Shown here one piece after another: positions 1-11,520 of a DNA stretch of 64,000 nt. A program made the translations under genes and the position numbers. Source of the DNA: TPA_inf: Saccharomyces (lineage: Eukaryota); assembly GCA_000146045.2 (NCBI GenBank), contig BK006940.2, positions 128,001 through 192,000 of the forward strand, in the 5' to 3' direction. The notes below the pieces were generated by a model, which saw nothing but the letters and a program-made list of their open reading frames with translations, was not told the DNA's origin and ran no database searches. The stretch's first letter is position 1, and each line of letters starts with the position of its first letter.

Positions 1-1910
1 CGACGTGCAACAAGATAATATCTCTCTCTGACTATGAATATGACATCACCAGGGCCTATAAGAATGAATTCAATCCATCATTTGTGGAAATACTGGACAC
101 TTCGACCACAAGCTTCCCTAAAACGTTTACTGAAGAAATGAATAACTTTGATAACCCCAAGTATTTTATCGATTTGAGGGCGTATGTAGGGTGGCTATGT
201 TGGGGAAGGCTTATGTACGTCATGTCGCCGAAAGCTTTAAAGCTCAATTTACGTGAGAATGAACTGGAAGTCCTCAAGACAGCTGGTCATCTATTGACAA
301 GAGAATTCCTGAGAGATGTTACAATGAATTTAGTCCAAGATAATGAAACTAGGGGTGTTTTTAGTAGTGGTAACGTGTCATTTTTCTCTTTAGTAATCCT
401 TTTGATATCATCTGGTTTCTGCGAACTGAATATGTCGGATCTCTTTGAGCTATGTGAATCCTACTATAACAAAGACGATAAGGCTTCGATGATCATGTCT
501 GTCGAGATAGTGGCTGGCTTAGTTTGCGGGAGTAAGTTTATGTCAGTCTCTGACTTGGACAAACGTGACACTTTTATCGAAAACTTCCTAGCCAAATGTT
601 TAGATTATGAGTTGAACCATGACGCATTTGAAATTTGGAGCACCTTGGCATGGTGGTTGCCTGCAGTCGTTGATTTAAGAAGGTCTAAAACTTTTTTTTG
701 CCATTTTATCAACGCCGATGGCATGTTTGACCGTGAATCTGATGCAGCCACACATCAAACCTCCAAAATTTACATGCTAAGAAGTATCTTGATGAGCATG
801 GAATTTAGAGCCCCAGATGTTGGTAAGCTATTTGATGAGTTGGTATTTGATCACCCATACGATCAGGTTCGCCAGGCTGTCGCTAAACTATTGACGACCT
901 TAGTTCAAAATCAAAGTAATCCGTCAATTTCAGATCCAACCACATTATTAGAAGCAGAACGGAATGATCCAGATGGATTAGGGTTACCATTAAAAAGCGT
1001 CCCAGAAAAGGTGGATGCCTATATTAAGAAGCAGTTTGAGATCATTAAAAATCTGGAAGATTCCGTTGTCGGCCTGAATCCTCAACAATTTATTAAGACA
1101 GACTATTTTTACAGGACATCCACAATATTTTATTGGATCAAAGAAATGGCGAGAGGGCCTAATAAAGTTTTGTTAGTTCCATATTTAGTCGATTATGTTT
1201 TACCATTTCTGATCGGATTAGTGAAACATAAAGATGTTTGTGCTCTTGCCAGTTTAGATCCTGTTCGATTGTATGCCGGCTTGGGCTATATGCCGATCAG
1301 AAAGAACCATGTTGCCGCCATTGTTGACTATGTTTGTTCGTCAAATGTAGCACTATCTTCAAACCAAACGAAACTACAGCTAGCTTTCATCCAACACTTT
1401 TTATCAGCGGAACTGCTTCAACTTACTGAGGAAGAAAAGAACAAAATTTTGGAATTTGTTGTCAGCAATTTGTATAACGAACAGTTTGTAGAGGTGAGAG
1501 TTCGTGCGGCATCCATTTTGTCTGATATCGTCCATAACTGGAAAGAGGAACAGCCGTTGTTGAGTTTAATCGAGAGATTTGCAAAGGGTCTCGACGTCAA
1601 CAAATACACGTCGAAAGAAAGACAAAAGTTATCCAAAACGGATATCAAGATTCATGGTAACGTTTTGGGTTTGGGAGCTATTATATCAGCGTTCCCCTAT
1701 GTTTTTCCCCTACCGCCATGGATACCCAAGCAACTAAGCAACTTATCCTCGTGGGCCAGGACTAGTGGTATGACTGGACAAGCTGCCAAAAATACTATTA
1801 GTGAGTTCAAGAAGGTGAGGGCCGACACTTGGAAGTTCGATAGAGCATCTTTCAATACGGAGGAACTGGAAGACCTGGAGGGTGTCCTATGGAGAAGTTA
1901 CTATGCCTGA
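1..1910 (+). CDS. BLM10: C-terminal part of a large helical-repeat protein, 5' truncated by the window edge; consistent with proteasome activator Blm10 (YFL007W)
   Basis: Frame is open from nt 3 to the stop at 1910, so the ATG/GTG at 84 is not the real start. Identity rests on synteny (immediately upstream of SEC4 on chr VI) and HEAT-like composition, not on a diagnostic motif. Confidence 0.65.
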   Translation, partial: TCNKIISLSDYEYDITRAYKNEFNPSFVEILDTSTTSFPKTFTEEMNNFDNPKYFIDLRAYVGWLCWGRLMYVMSPKALKLNLRENELEVLKTAGHLLTREFLRDVTMNLVQDNETRGVFSSGNVSFFSLVILLISSGFCELNMSDLFELCESYYNKDDKASMIMSVEIVAGLVCGSKFMSVSDLDKRDTFIENFLAKCLDYELNHDAFEIWSTLAWWLPAVVDLRRSKTFFCHFINADGMFDRESDAATHQTSKIYMLRSILMSMEFRAPDVGKLFDELVFDHPYDQVRQAVAKLLTTLVQNQSNPSISDPTTLLEAERNDPDGLGLPLKSVPEKVDAYIKKQFEIIKNLEDSVVGLNPQQFIKTDYFYRTSTIFYWIKEMARGPNKVLLVPYLVDYVLPFLIGLVKHKDVCALASLDPVRLYAGLGYMPIRKNHVAAIVDYVCSSNVALSSNQTKLQLAFIQHFLSAELLQLTEEEKNKILEFVVSNLYNEQFVEVRVRAASILSDIVHNWKEEQPLLSLIERFAKGLDVNKYTSKERQKLSKTDIKIHGNVLGLGAIISAFPYVFPLPPWIPKQLSNLSSWARTSGMTGQAAKNTISEFKKVRADTWKFDRASFNTEELEDLEGVLWRSYYA

Positions 1911-2333
1911 TTCATATTAGTATAGGATATTAAGCACATATCTAGACATATATGTACATCTAAACAAATAGCTGGAGCTATCTGCTGATTAGTTTTACTC
2001 TAAAAGTAAGTTGTTAGTGTAACTATGATCACGGCTGCGTGCCGGGTAATAAATCAATTTTGAGGAAAACTGGAAGTTCACCACTGAGAATGATCAACGG
2101 CAGGGAAACGTTATACCAAACAAAGCATTCTACCTCTAGGGAAGCTGGAAACTTGAATTACCCACTATAGCTTGTCTTTTAGTGATCCATTATTCCAACC
2201 TATTGCAATTCCAAGAAAATAAACTAGGAACTTTTTTTTTTGGAAGAATAAGAAAAGGAGAAAAAGTAGACATACTGTATATACACGAGGGCGTATCGTT
2301 CACCAGAAAGAATATAAACATAACAAGATAAAC

Positions 2334-2981
2334 ATGTCAGGCTTGAGAACTGTTTCTGCTTCATCCGGTAATGGAAAGAGCTATGACTCTATTATGAAAA
2401 TTTTATTGATTGGTGATTCTGGTGTTGGGAAATCATGTTTATTGGTTCGTTTTGTTGAAGACAAATTTAACCCGTCATTTATCACCACCATTGGTATTGA
2501 TTTCAAAATAAAGACTGTCGATATCAACGGTAAGAAGGTAAAGCTGCAACTTTGGGATACCGCTGGTCAAGAACGTTTCCGGACAATCACCACAGCGTAT
2601 TATCGTGGTGCTATGGGTATCATTCTTGTATATGATGTGACAGACGAGAGAACATTTACTAATATCAAGCAATGGTTTAAAACCGTTAATGAGCATGCGA
2701 ACGATGAAGCACAGCTACTGTTGGTTGGTAACAAGAGCGATATGGAGACGAGAGTGGTAACAGCTGATCAAGGTGAAGCCTTGGCTAAGGAGCTGGGTAT
2801 ACCATTCATCGAGTCCAGTGCTAAGAACGATGACAATGTCAACGAGATTTTTTTCACCTTGGCGAAGTTAATCCAAGAAAAAATCGACAGTAACAAGCTT
2901 GTTGGCGTCGGTAACGGTAAAGAGGGCAATATTAGCATCAATAGTGGGAGCGGAAACAGTTCTAAATCAAATTGCTGTTGA
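2334..2981 (+). CDS. SEC4: Rab-family GTPase for post-Golgi exocytic vesicle fusion, 215 aa
   Basis: P-loop GDSGVGKS, switch [15 protein letters not shown] and SAK motifs, C-terminal CC prenylation site. Length matches SEC4 exactly. Confidence 0.95.
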   Translation: MSGLRTVSASSGNGKSYDSIMKILLIGDSGVGKSCLLVRFVEDKFNPSFITTIGIDFKIKTVDINGKKVKLQLWDTAGQERFRTITTAYYRGAMGIILVYDVTDERTFTNIKQWFKTVNEHANDEAQLLLVGNKSDMETRVVTADQGEALAKELGIPFIESSAKNDDNVNEIFFTLAKLIQEKIDSNKLVGVGNGKEGNISINSGSGNSSKSNCC

Positions 2982-3498
2982 AGAAAAGAAGATTTTTGCT
3001 TCTTTGAGAATTAATCGTGAACTGGAATTAGAGCTATAAATCGCTTGATTCTTTTTTCCCTTTTTCTCAATATTCGCAGGTTATTTTTCCTTTATATATA
3101 TACATTGTTTGTATCTTTTTTTGATTACCATACTTACTATTTTTATATTAGTCATATTAGATGTCACTTTTATATTATCTAAACAATTCAAACTTCTCAC
3201 ACTAACTTTTTCAGCATACTTCTACTGTTGTTCTCTGCTCTGGAAGGTATTTTCATCAGGCGATTGGTAAAAAATCAAGAAAGAATCTAAAAAATAGTGC
3301 AACAGGAAAACGAGGTTCCCAGTTTCCCTGGGAATTCTTATCCAAGTATATATTTTACTTTTAAGATTCAGCACTTTTATTTCGTTCTAATGTTTTTACC
3401 GGTAGTAAAGTTTTGCTTCTTGAATCCACTATTCAACTACTTGCGCTTATGTAAGGTTCCTGTATGGTTGCATAATCACTCAATTCGAAAAAAAAACC

Positions 3499-3504
3499 CA
3501 CGTG
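3499..3504. promoter_or_regulatory. CACGTG E-box about 305 bp upstream of the VTC2 ATG; candidate Pho4/Cbf1 site
   Basis: Exact palindromic CACGTG in the VTC2 5' region. VTC genes are phosphate-responsive. Confidence 0.3.
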
Positions 3505-3809
3505 CTGCTTGGAAATGAATCCGCACTGCGGTATAGCACTTCCAGAAAGATACTGACTGCGAAATTCGCTTTATGGAGTGTTTAAGCAATTGGTATCTTA
3601 CCCATTAAGAGTCATTTCTTTCTTCTTGCCAACTTTTTTCCATCCTATTATGACCTCAAAAAAGGCAGGCTCTCTTCGTCTTATCTTTTCTATCGGAAGC
3701 GAATTACTGGGAAAGAGGCATAGGTATAAACAGATAAAATAGACGAAAAGAGTTTAGAAAAAAAAGTAGAAAGAACGACTACACCTCAACATAACGACAC
3801 TTTTTTGAC

Positions 3810-6296
3810 ATGCTGTTTGGAGTGAAGTTGGCTAATGAGGTTTATCCTCCTTGGAAGGGTTCTTATATTAATTATGAGGGCTTGAAAAAATTCCTGAAGG
3901 AAGATAGCGTGAAGGATGGAAGTAACGATAAGAAAGCACGCTGGGACGATTCAGATGAATCCAAGTTTGTGGAAGAGTTGGATAAGGAACTTGAAAAAGT
4001 CTATGGTTTTCAACTAAAAAAGTACAATAACTTGATGGAGAGATTGTCCCATCTGGAGAAACAAACAGATACGGAAGCAGCCATAAAGGCCTTGGACGCT
4101 GATGCATTCCAACGTGTATTGGAGGAACTGTTAAGCGAGTCTACCGAATTAGACAATTTTAAGAGATTGAACTTTACTGGGTTTGCTAAGATTGTTAAGA
4201 AACATGACAAGCTATATCCAAAGTATCCATCTGTTAAATCTTTGTTGGAAGTTAGATTAAAGGAATTGCCTTCCCATTCGGAAGAATATTCCCCATTGTT
4301 GTATCGTATTTCATTTTTGTACAACATTTTGAGAAGTAATTTTAACACTGCATCTGAACCCTTAGCCAGCGCTTCTAAGTTTTCTAGCATTGTCAGCAAT
4401 GACATAGACATGAATTTCAGAAGCTTTAAATTTTGGGTTCATAATGACAACTTAATGGAGGTCAAAACAAGAATCTTGAGACATCTTCCCGTGTTGGTCT
4501 ACGCCAATGTTCCCTCCGAAAACGATGACCTGGTCAATAGATTCGAATCAGATATATCAAATAATGATGAAATTGTGGGTAGTTCGAGCTCCACTAGTAG
4601 CGTAGAACATGGCTTGGGAGCGCGCTCCTTCGATCCATTAATCAACACGCTATATTTTGACAATGAGCATTTTGAATTATATAACGACAAGTTATTAAAG
4701 TTAAATTCAGCACCTACTTTAAGATTAAGGTGGACTGGCCAGTTATCTGATAAGCCGGATATTTTCTTGGAAAAGAAAACTCTTATTGAAGACGAAGCCA
4801 CTGGGAAGTCTGAATTTGATCTAACTAAATTGCAATTGAAACAAAAATTCATTAACGGGTTTATTTTCGAAGGTGATAAGAAATTTAAAGAACAAACTTT
4901 GAAAAAGTTAAAAGAAAGTGGTACGGCAGGGAGAGACCTGGAAAGGTTAGAAGAAGATTTCTCTGAGATTCAAAACTTTATTATCAAGAATGAATTGCAA
5001 CCAGTTTTTAGAACTGTTTACACCAGAACTGCTTTCCAGATTCCCGGCGATGACAAGATAAGAGTAACCATTGACTCTAATATTGTATTCATCAAGGAGG
5101 ATTCATTCGACAGAGAGCGTCCAATTAGAGACCCTAATACCTGGCATAGAACTGATATTGATGCCAATGTTGCAAATCCCTTGAAATTCCTGAGAGGAGG
5201 CGAGTATGCTAAGTTTCCTTATTCAGTAATGGAAATTAAAGTGAAAAGTTCATTAGATTCTTCGATGTCTGCCAGTTCTATGATTTCTAATGTAAAACTG
5301 CCTAAAAAGCATGGTCAATGGCTGAACGATTTGACAAATTCTCATTTGGTCAAAGAAATTCCAAAGTTTTCTATCTTTGTGCAAGGTGTGGCATCATTGT
5401 ATGGAGATGATGAAAAATTAGATATCTTACCATTTTGGTTACCAGATTTGGAAACAGATATTAGACAGGATCCTAAGCAAGCATATGAGGAGGAAAAGAA
5501 AAAACTGTTGAAACAAAAAGAGATACAAAAGAAAATTGATGGAATGAGAAGGCTTTCCAACTTAAAAGAGCCTCAACATCAAGCAGCAGTACCGGTATCT
5601 CAAGAGGAAAATGAGCGTATTACCTCTCAAGGTGATTTGGAGGCAGACGGTTCATCCGATGAGGAAACTGAGCAAGAACCTCATTCGAAAAGATCAAAGA
5701 AAGTTCGGAGAAGAAAACCCAAGGCCACTTTCTTGAGAATTTTGGCCGGTAGAGATCCAAAGTTAATGGGGGTGGATTCTGAAGAAGAAGAAATTGAATT
5801 GCCACCTGGTGTGAAAAAACCATTAAATTTGTTAAAAAATGCTGGTCCTGTAAACGTGGAGGCAAAGGTTTGGCTTGCCAACGAACGTACATTTAACAGA
5901 TGGTTAAGTGTCACCAGTTTATTGAGTGTTTTGACGTTCTCAATTTATAATTCTGTGAAGAAAGCCGAATACCCCACTTTGGCTAACTACATGGCATACG
6001 TATATTTTGGTCTAACGATATTCTGTGCTTTATGGTCCTATTCCATTTATATGAAAAGAGTTGATATTATTCAACAAAGAAGCGGTCAACATCTAGATGC
6101 ACCACTTGGTCCAGTTTTGGTTTCTATAGTTTTATTTGTCACTTTAGTGGTTAATTTTGTTATGGCGTTTAGAAATGCAGCAAAGTCTCGTCAAGAGTTG
6201 CAAATACAGAATTTAGAAGTTCCTGAAAGAATACCAGAAGTATTAAGGCCACTTCAAAATTATCTATTCAAGTTAATGGGGCCAAGCAGTGATTAG
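3810..6296 (+). CDS. VTC2: Vacuolar transporter chaperone complex subunit, 828 aa; N-terminal SPX domain and C-terminal three-TM VTC domain
   Basis: N-terminal MLFGVKLANEVYPPWKGSYINYEGLKK SPX signature, long acidic/lysine-rich linker, C-terminal hydrophobic segments. Length matches VTC2. Confidence 0.9.
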   Translation: MLFGVKLANEVYPPWKGSYINYEGLKKFLKEDSVKDGSNDKKARWDDSDESKFVEELDKELEKVYGFQLKKYNNLMERLSHLEKQTDTEAAIKALDADAFQRVLEELLSESTELDNFKRLNFTGFAKIVKKHDKLYPKYPSVKSLLEVRLKELPSHSEEYSPLLYRISFLYNILRSNFNTASEPLASASKFSSIVSNDIDMNFRSFKFWVHNDNLMEVKTRILRHLPVLVYANVPSENDDLVNRFESDISNNDEIVGSSSSTSSVEHGLGARSFDPLINTLYFDNEHFELYNDKLLKLNSAPTLRLRWTGQLSDKPDIFLEKKTLIEDEATGKSEFDLTKLQLKQKFINGFIFEGDKKFKEQTLKKLKESGTAGRDLERLEEDFSEIQNFIIKNELQPVFRTVYTRTAFQIPGDDKIRVTIDSNIVFIKEDSFDRERPIRDPNTWHRTDIDANVANPLKFLRGGEYAKFPYSVMEIKVKSSLDSSMSASSMISNVKLPKKHGQWLNDLTNSHLVKEIPKFSIFVQGVASLYGDDEKLDILPFWLPDLETDIRQDPKQAYEEEKKKLLKQKEIQKKIDGMRRLSNLKEPQHQAAVPVSQEENERITSQGDLEADGSSDEETEQEPHSKRSKKVRRRKPKATFLRILAGRDPKLMGVDSEEEEIELPPGVKKPLNLLKNAGPVNVEAKVWLANERTFNRWLSVTSLLSVLTFSIYNSVKKAEYPTLANYMAYVYFGLTIFCALWSYSIYMKRVDIIQQRSGQHLDAPLGPVLVSIVLFVTLVVNFVMAFRNAAKSRQELQIQNLEVPERIPEVLRPLQNYLFKLMGPSSD

Positions 6297-6520
6297 AATA
6301 TGTACTCTATCTACTGAGACCATGTGTTTTTATGTTTGTAATGTGTAGCAAAAAATTATCATCTGCTAACAATTGCTTACTTTTAGAAATCACATTTAAG
6401 GGGAAGTTTTAAATCATTCATAAATATCAATGCATTTACATAAACATCATTTTCTCCGGTTTTTGATAACTCTGTACAGAAATAATGGATTATAGTTTTA
6501 AGCTAAGCGGAAAAGCCAAA

Positions 6521-9157
6521 TTATTCTTCAAAATTTTCGATGAAGTCGGAGTTTATTTCTTTTAATTTCCCTAAAGTCAAGGGCTCTTTTTCATTTCCTG
6601 CACATTCTTTCAATATCGCTACAAGATTGTGTATTCTCTTCATTTGGTTTATGGTCTTTTGATCAACAACGCCATTTGAATCTTCGTTTTCAGTCCTTGC
6701 TTTTGCAATTTTCAAAAGCGAATGGATATTGTACGCTTCTGCAATAATATCCGGGTTGAATATTTTTTTTACCACCCTTATTCCACTATTCTCTATTGCG
6801 ACAGATTTCTGGGTCAACTGATAATTCATTTTGACAGAATTGTCATTGAGAAGGACTGCATCCATATGAAGATGGGAAACTGCTGGCTTCTTAGACATTA
6901 TTTTAGGAATGTCCTGGAAGTGTGTAGAAAGAAATACCGTTGCCTCCGTTCGAAGTAAATGTTCAGTTACTGCCAAAGACACACAAAACCCATCAGCGAT
7001 GCTTGAACCACGACCAAGTTCATCTAAAATTAACAGTGTTTCTGTATTTATGTCATCTAAAAAGTAAGCCATTTCTTTCATTTCAAAACCAAAATTTGAT
7101 GAGGTTAATTCCATACTGTCATTGCAGACTCTTGCATGTAGACGTTTAAAGACAGGAAAAGACCCATAAAGTGCCGGTATACCTGATCCCATTTGGGCCA
7201 TTATGCAAATAAGGGCAACTTGTTTTAAATAAACAGATTTTCCACTCATGTTGCATCCGGTTATGATTTGTAAGCTGGAGCTATGTTTTGTACTTGATAT
7301 GGTGTTAGGGACAAAATTTTTTAGTACCTTTTCAAGTAGTGGGTGTCTTGAATCTCGAATTAGTAGATTGTTTGTAAAAATCGGTATTGTGTAATTATTT
7401 TCTTTCAAATTATATGTGAATGAACAAACCAAATCCAGGATAGCCACTGCTTCTGCAATCATAAATAGTTCAGAAATATGGGTTGCAATTTTATCGAGCA
7501 GTTCATCAACTGTCTCTTCACTTAAAAGTAAAATCTCTTCCATAACTTCCTTCAACCTCGCATTTTTTTTTATTATATTTAGGGTTGTACATTCAATATA
7601 ATTTTTTTTTATTGTTCTTGAAATGAATACGTCTGGAAGTGTAGCGACGTCATCGGTAAATTCCTGTCTTTTTATTCTGAGATAAAAGCCTCGTGCAGAA
7701 TCGTAATTATGATCTAAATTGATTTTGTTTTTAGCGGTAAGATCTTCTACCTCACGAAAAAATTCCTCTTTTACCTCTTTGTAGATTTGTCTAGAAACAT
7801 CCAAAAGCCCATTGGAATCACTTTTCACAGCATATGAACGTTGGTTAAGTAGTTGTATAGCTGAGGATGCCCAGACACAGTCTTCATTTATACAACTATT
7901 AATTAATTTTTCAATTTCCATAATTGCGTCATTATTGAATATTTTTTTGGTCTCGCTAATTAAACGGCTTTGAATTAACTGATCATTAAGTGCGTCTTTC
8001 AATGACTTCACGCTTTGTAAAGTTTCCTTTAGCAACAAAACGTAATTAATTCTTTGGTCAGGTTTTATTGCAGAATGATTAATGCATAATAACCTTGAAA
8101 ATAACTTATCTAGATCAGGCAATGATTTCATTTCTAGCCTTAATTTTTGTAGAAGGTCATCATTGGCTTTCAATTCTTCTAGGGCCTCTAGTCTCATTTC
8201 GATACTGCCCCTATCAGTTAATGGCTGCAGTATACTGTTCCGAAGTGATCTTTGTCCCATTTTAGTGGACGTGGTATCCAAGAACTTCCATAGTGATATG
8301 CCATTCTTATCCAATTTATTTTCTACAAGTTCTAAACCTCTGACGGTTTTAGAATCAATCAGCATTGTATTTTCTGTTCCTTCAAACTGTATACGTAGTT
8401 TTCGAAACGCATTCAAATTTCGGCTGCTTTTGGATATAATCTCTTCCATGTAGCTTATCGCAGCAGATGCAGCACAAAGAGCAAACGTTTTATCTATAAT
8501 CTCCTCGATTTTCAAGTCCTTTTTTGTATCATCCATTAAATACTTTGTAATCGCCGCCAGTCCATCTTGGCTATTGAAGCACTTTCGTGAACCCTCTTCA
8601 ATTTTAACTGTCTCGGCCACATTAAATTTTATCATTGTCGCTAATTTTGATACTGTTGGAGCTAGAGAACTGCTTGGAATCAGTATTTCCGTAGGTTGGT
8701 AAATTTGGAGTTTATGAACTACACGAATGTAAATTTGTGAATCCATGAAATCTGAAAGATACATCTGTCCCGTGTTACAGTTGATAATACATAACCCAAT
8801 CCGCGTACTTATGTCTCTTGGCACTTCGTATATGCAACAAAGAACACAGTCAATACTAGGACCGAGGAGTGAAGCGTTGGTGCTGTATCGACTTAAGGAG
8901 GTTGCGGTCCTAGAGGCCATTGATCCAGTCATTAAGTAATGGCTATGTGTTGAATCTTTTTCATTGTTTTCCCATGTTGTCTCTGCTATTTGTAGCGTTT
9001 TCTTTTTGAGAGCCCAACTACTTATGTTAGTTGGCGATTTTTGGTTCCTGATACTCTTTTTCGTACTTGGCTTCGAAATAGAGTTTGAAGAATTAGCCGC
9101 CGACCTTAAATTGAAATAATTTGTACTGATAAAACTAGATAGATTAGATTCACTCAT
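6521..9157 (-). CDS. MSH4: Meiosis-specific MutS homolog (MutSgamma subunit), 878 aa from the second in-frame ATG
   Basis: MutS domains including Walker A GCNMSGKS and the ILDELGRGS motif. The track ORF (890 aa) extends 12 codons upstream of the MSESNLSS start, which gives the 878-aa length. Confidence 0.9.
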   Translation of the reverse strand: MSESNLSSFISTNYFNLRSAANSSNSISKPSTKKSIRNQKSPTNISSWALKKKTLQIAETTWENNEKDSTHSHYLMTGSMASRTATSLSRYSTNASLLGPSIDCVLCCIYEVPRDISTRIGLCIINCNTGQMYLSDFMDSQIYIRVVHKLQIYQPTEILIPSSSLAPTVSKLATMIKFNVAETVKIEEGSRKCFNSQDGLAAITKYLMDDTKKDLKIEEIIDKTFALCAASAAISYMEEIISKSSRNLNAFRKLRIQFEGTENTMLIDSKTVRGLELVENKLDKNGISLWKFLDTTSTKMGQRSLRNSILQPLTDRGSIEMRLEALEELKANDDLLQKLRLEMKSLPDLDKLFSRLLCINHSAIKPDQRINYVLLLKETLQSVKSLKDALNDQLIQSRLISETKKIFNNDAIMEIEKLINSCINEDCVWASSAIQLLNQRSYAVKSDSNGLLDVSRQIYKEVKEEFFREVEDLTAKNKINLDHNYDSARGFYLRIKRQEFTDDVATLPDVFISRTIKKNYIECTTLNIIKKNARLKEVMEEILLLSEETVDELLDKIATHISELFMIAEAVAILDLVCSFTYNLKENNYTIPIFTNNLLIRDSRHPLLEKVLKNFVPNTISSTKHSSSLQIITGCNMSGKSVYLKQVALICIMAQMGSGIPALYGSFPVFKRLHARVCNDSMELTSSNFGFEMKEMAYFLDDINTETLLILDELGRGSSIADGFCVSLAVTEHLLRTEATVFLSTHFQDIPKIMSKKPAVSHLHMDAVLLNDNSVKMNYQLTQKSVAIENSGIRVVKKIFNPDIIAEAYNIHSLLKIAKARTENEDSNGVVDQKTINQMKRIHNLVAILKECAGNEKEPLTLGKLKEINSDFIENFEE

Positions 9158-9485
9158 TGCATATAGTTTGCGTTGATCAGCTACAGATTTCAATGCTATA
9201 ACTAGTTATTTTTATATGTTTCACTTTAAGTAAAATCCAACTGCTCTTTTGCTATTCTTCGTTGATGCCTTATATGTATGAAAGCTGTACGTTCGGGATT
9301 TGAAAAGGAAATGAAGACGCGAATTAAAAAAAAATAATAAACTGGTTCATAGCAGAAAAGAGGAGACTAAATAAGATTTTGCTCTCATACAGATGCAACA
9401 CATAAAAACTTTAATCGATTTCAGTATGGAAAAAGATATGATACAATAAAATCTAAATCTTAGAAACTGATTTTGAATAAAAAAA

Positions 9486-9559
9486 CGACCCCAGTGAGGG
9501 TTGAACTCACGATCTTGCGATTAACAGTCGCACGCCTTAACCAACTTGGCCATGGAGTC
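9486..9559 (-). tRNA. tN(GUU)F: tRNA-Asn (anticodon GUU), 74 nt, no intron
   Basis: Reverse complement reads GACTCCATGGCCAAGTTGGTTAAGGCGTGCGACTGTTAATCGCAAGATCGTGAGTTCAACCCTCACTGGGGTCG. Cloverleaf with GTTCAAC T-loop and anticodon loop CTGTTAA. Confidence 0.92.
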
Positions 9560-9660
9560 AGTCACTTTTGAGTTCTGCAACTCTTAAAACGGAATAGACT
9601 ACGTAAAACAATGTCATCCCATACCAAAACAATCCTGATTTCTCAAAGGCATCGCAAACC

Positions 9661-9912
9661 TCTGGAATAAAAATCCACTATCATCTATCAACTAATAGTT
9701 ATTCAATATATTATCATATACAGTGTTAGATGATGACATAAGTTATGAGAAGCTGTCATCGAAGTTAGAAGAAGCTGAAATGCAAGGATTGATAATGTAA
9801 TAGGATAATGAAACATATAAAACGGAATAGTCTAACATTAGTATGTAGAAATATGGATTCCATTTTGAGAATTCCTAAATCCTCGAGGAGAACTTCTAGC
9901 ATATTCTGTATA
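9661..9912 (+). repeat. 5' portion (252 bp) of an older solo delta LTR that the Ty2 insertion interrupts
   Basis: Delta-like sequence with a degenerate TGTTGGAATA start, diverged from the Ty2 LTRs. Ends at the GTATA target-site duplication abutting the Ty2 5' LTR. Confidence 0.75.
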
Positions 9913-10244
9913 TGTTGGAATAAAAATCAACTATCATCTACTAACTAGTATTTACGTTACTAGTATATTATCATATACGGTGTTAGAAGATGACGCAAAT
10001 GATGAGAAATAGTCATCTAAATTAGTGGAAGCTGAAACGCAAGGATTGATAATGTAATAGGATCAATGAATATTAACATATAAAATGATGATAATAATAT
10101 TTATAGAATTGTGTAGAATTGCAGATTCCCTTTTATGGATTCCTAAATCCTCGAGGAGAACTTCTAGTATATCTACATACCTAATATTATTGCCTTATCA
10201 AAAATGGAATCCCAACAATTACATCAAAATCCACATTCTCTACA
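9913..10244 (+). repeat. Ty2 5' LTR
   Basis: Starts TGTTGGAATAAAAATCAAC, ends ...CTCTACA immediately before the PBS. Identical over its length to the 3' LTR. Confidence 0.9.
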
Positions 10245-11520
10245 TGGTAGCGCCTATGCTTCGGTTACTTCTAAGGAAGTCCCATCAAATCAAGATCCGT
10301 TAGCCGTTTCAGCTTCCAATTTACCGGAATTTGATAGAGATTCCACTAAGGTTAATTCTCAACAAGAGACAACACCTGGGACATCAGCTGTTCCAGAGAA
10401 CCATCATCATGTCTCTCCTCAACCTGCTTCAGTACCACCTCCACAGAATGGACAGTACCAACAGCACGGCATGATGACCCCAAACAAAGCTATGGCCTCT
10501 AACTGGGCACATTACCAACAACCGTCTATGATGACGTGTTCACATTATCAAACGTCACCTGCGTATTATCAACCGGACCCACACTATCCGTTGCCACAGT
10601 ATATCCCACCACTGAGTACTTCCTCACCTGATCCAATCGATTCACAGAATCAACACTCTGAAGTACCTCAAGCTGAGACAAAGGTGAGAAATAACGTCTT
10701 ACCACCACACACTTTAACATCAGAAGAAAACTTTTCTACATGGGTTAAATTTTACATCAGATTTTTGAAGAACTCTAATCTCGGTGACATCATTCCAAAT
10801 GACCAGGGTGAAATCAAAAGTCAAATGACTTATGAAGAACATGCGTATATATACAATACCTTCCAAGCATTTGCCCCATTTCATTTATTGCCAACATGGG
10901 TAAAACAAATTTTAGAAATTAATTATGCTGACATCCTTACAGTCCTTTGTAAAAGTGTGTCCAAAATGCAAACTAACAATCAAGAATTAAAGGATTGGAT
11001 AGCTCTTGCCAACCTTGAGTACGACGGAAGTACATCTGCTGATACATTTGAAATTACAGTCAGTACGATCATTCAGAGGCTAAAAGAAAACAATATCAAT
11101 GTTAGCGACAGATTGGCCTGTCAACTAATACTTAAAGGTCTATCCGGTGACTTCAAATACCTACGTAATCAATATCGTACCAAAACGAACATGAAACTTT
11201 CCCAATTATTCGCTGAAATTCAGTTAATATATGACGAAAATAAAATCATGAATCTAAATAAACCGTCCCAATACAAACAACACAGCGAATACAAAAATGT
11301 TTCTCGCACATCTCCAAACACGACTAACACAAAGGTTACAACTCGTAATTATCATAGAACAAATAGTTCAAAACCAAGAGCAGCAAAAGCTCACAATATT
11401 GCTACATCTAGTAAATTCTCAAGGGTGAACAATGATCACATTAATGAATCAACCGTTTCATCACAATACTTAAGCGATGACAACGAACTTAGTCTTAGGC
11501 CAGCAACAGAAAGAATCTAA
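10204..11520 (+). CDS. TYA: Ty2 TYA (Gag capsid protein), 438 aa; the ATG lies inside the 5' LTR as in Ty1/Ty2
   Basis: ORF track plus homology to Ty Gag ([27 protein letters not shown]). Confidence 0.9.

Noticed and set aside
84-1910. Track ORF starting at 84 as a complete 608-aa gene
   Set aside because: The frame is open back to nt 3 and position 84 is GTG. This is the 3' part of a longer gene truncated by the window (BLM10).
10085-10303. 72-aa [18 protein letters not shown]..., and its twin at 15712-15975
   Set aside because: Both lie entirely inside the Ty2 LTRs (identical sequence), so they are spurious LTR reading frames.
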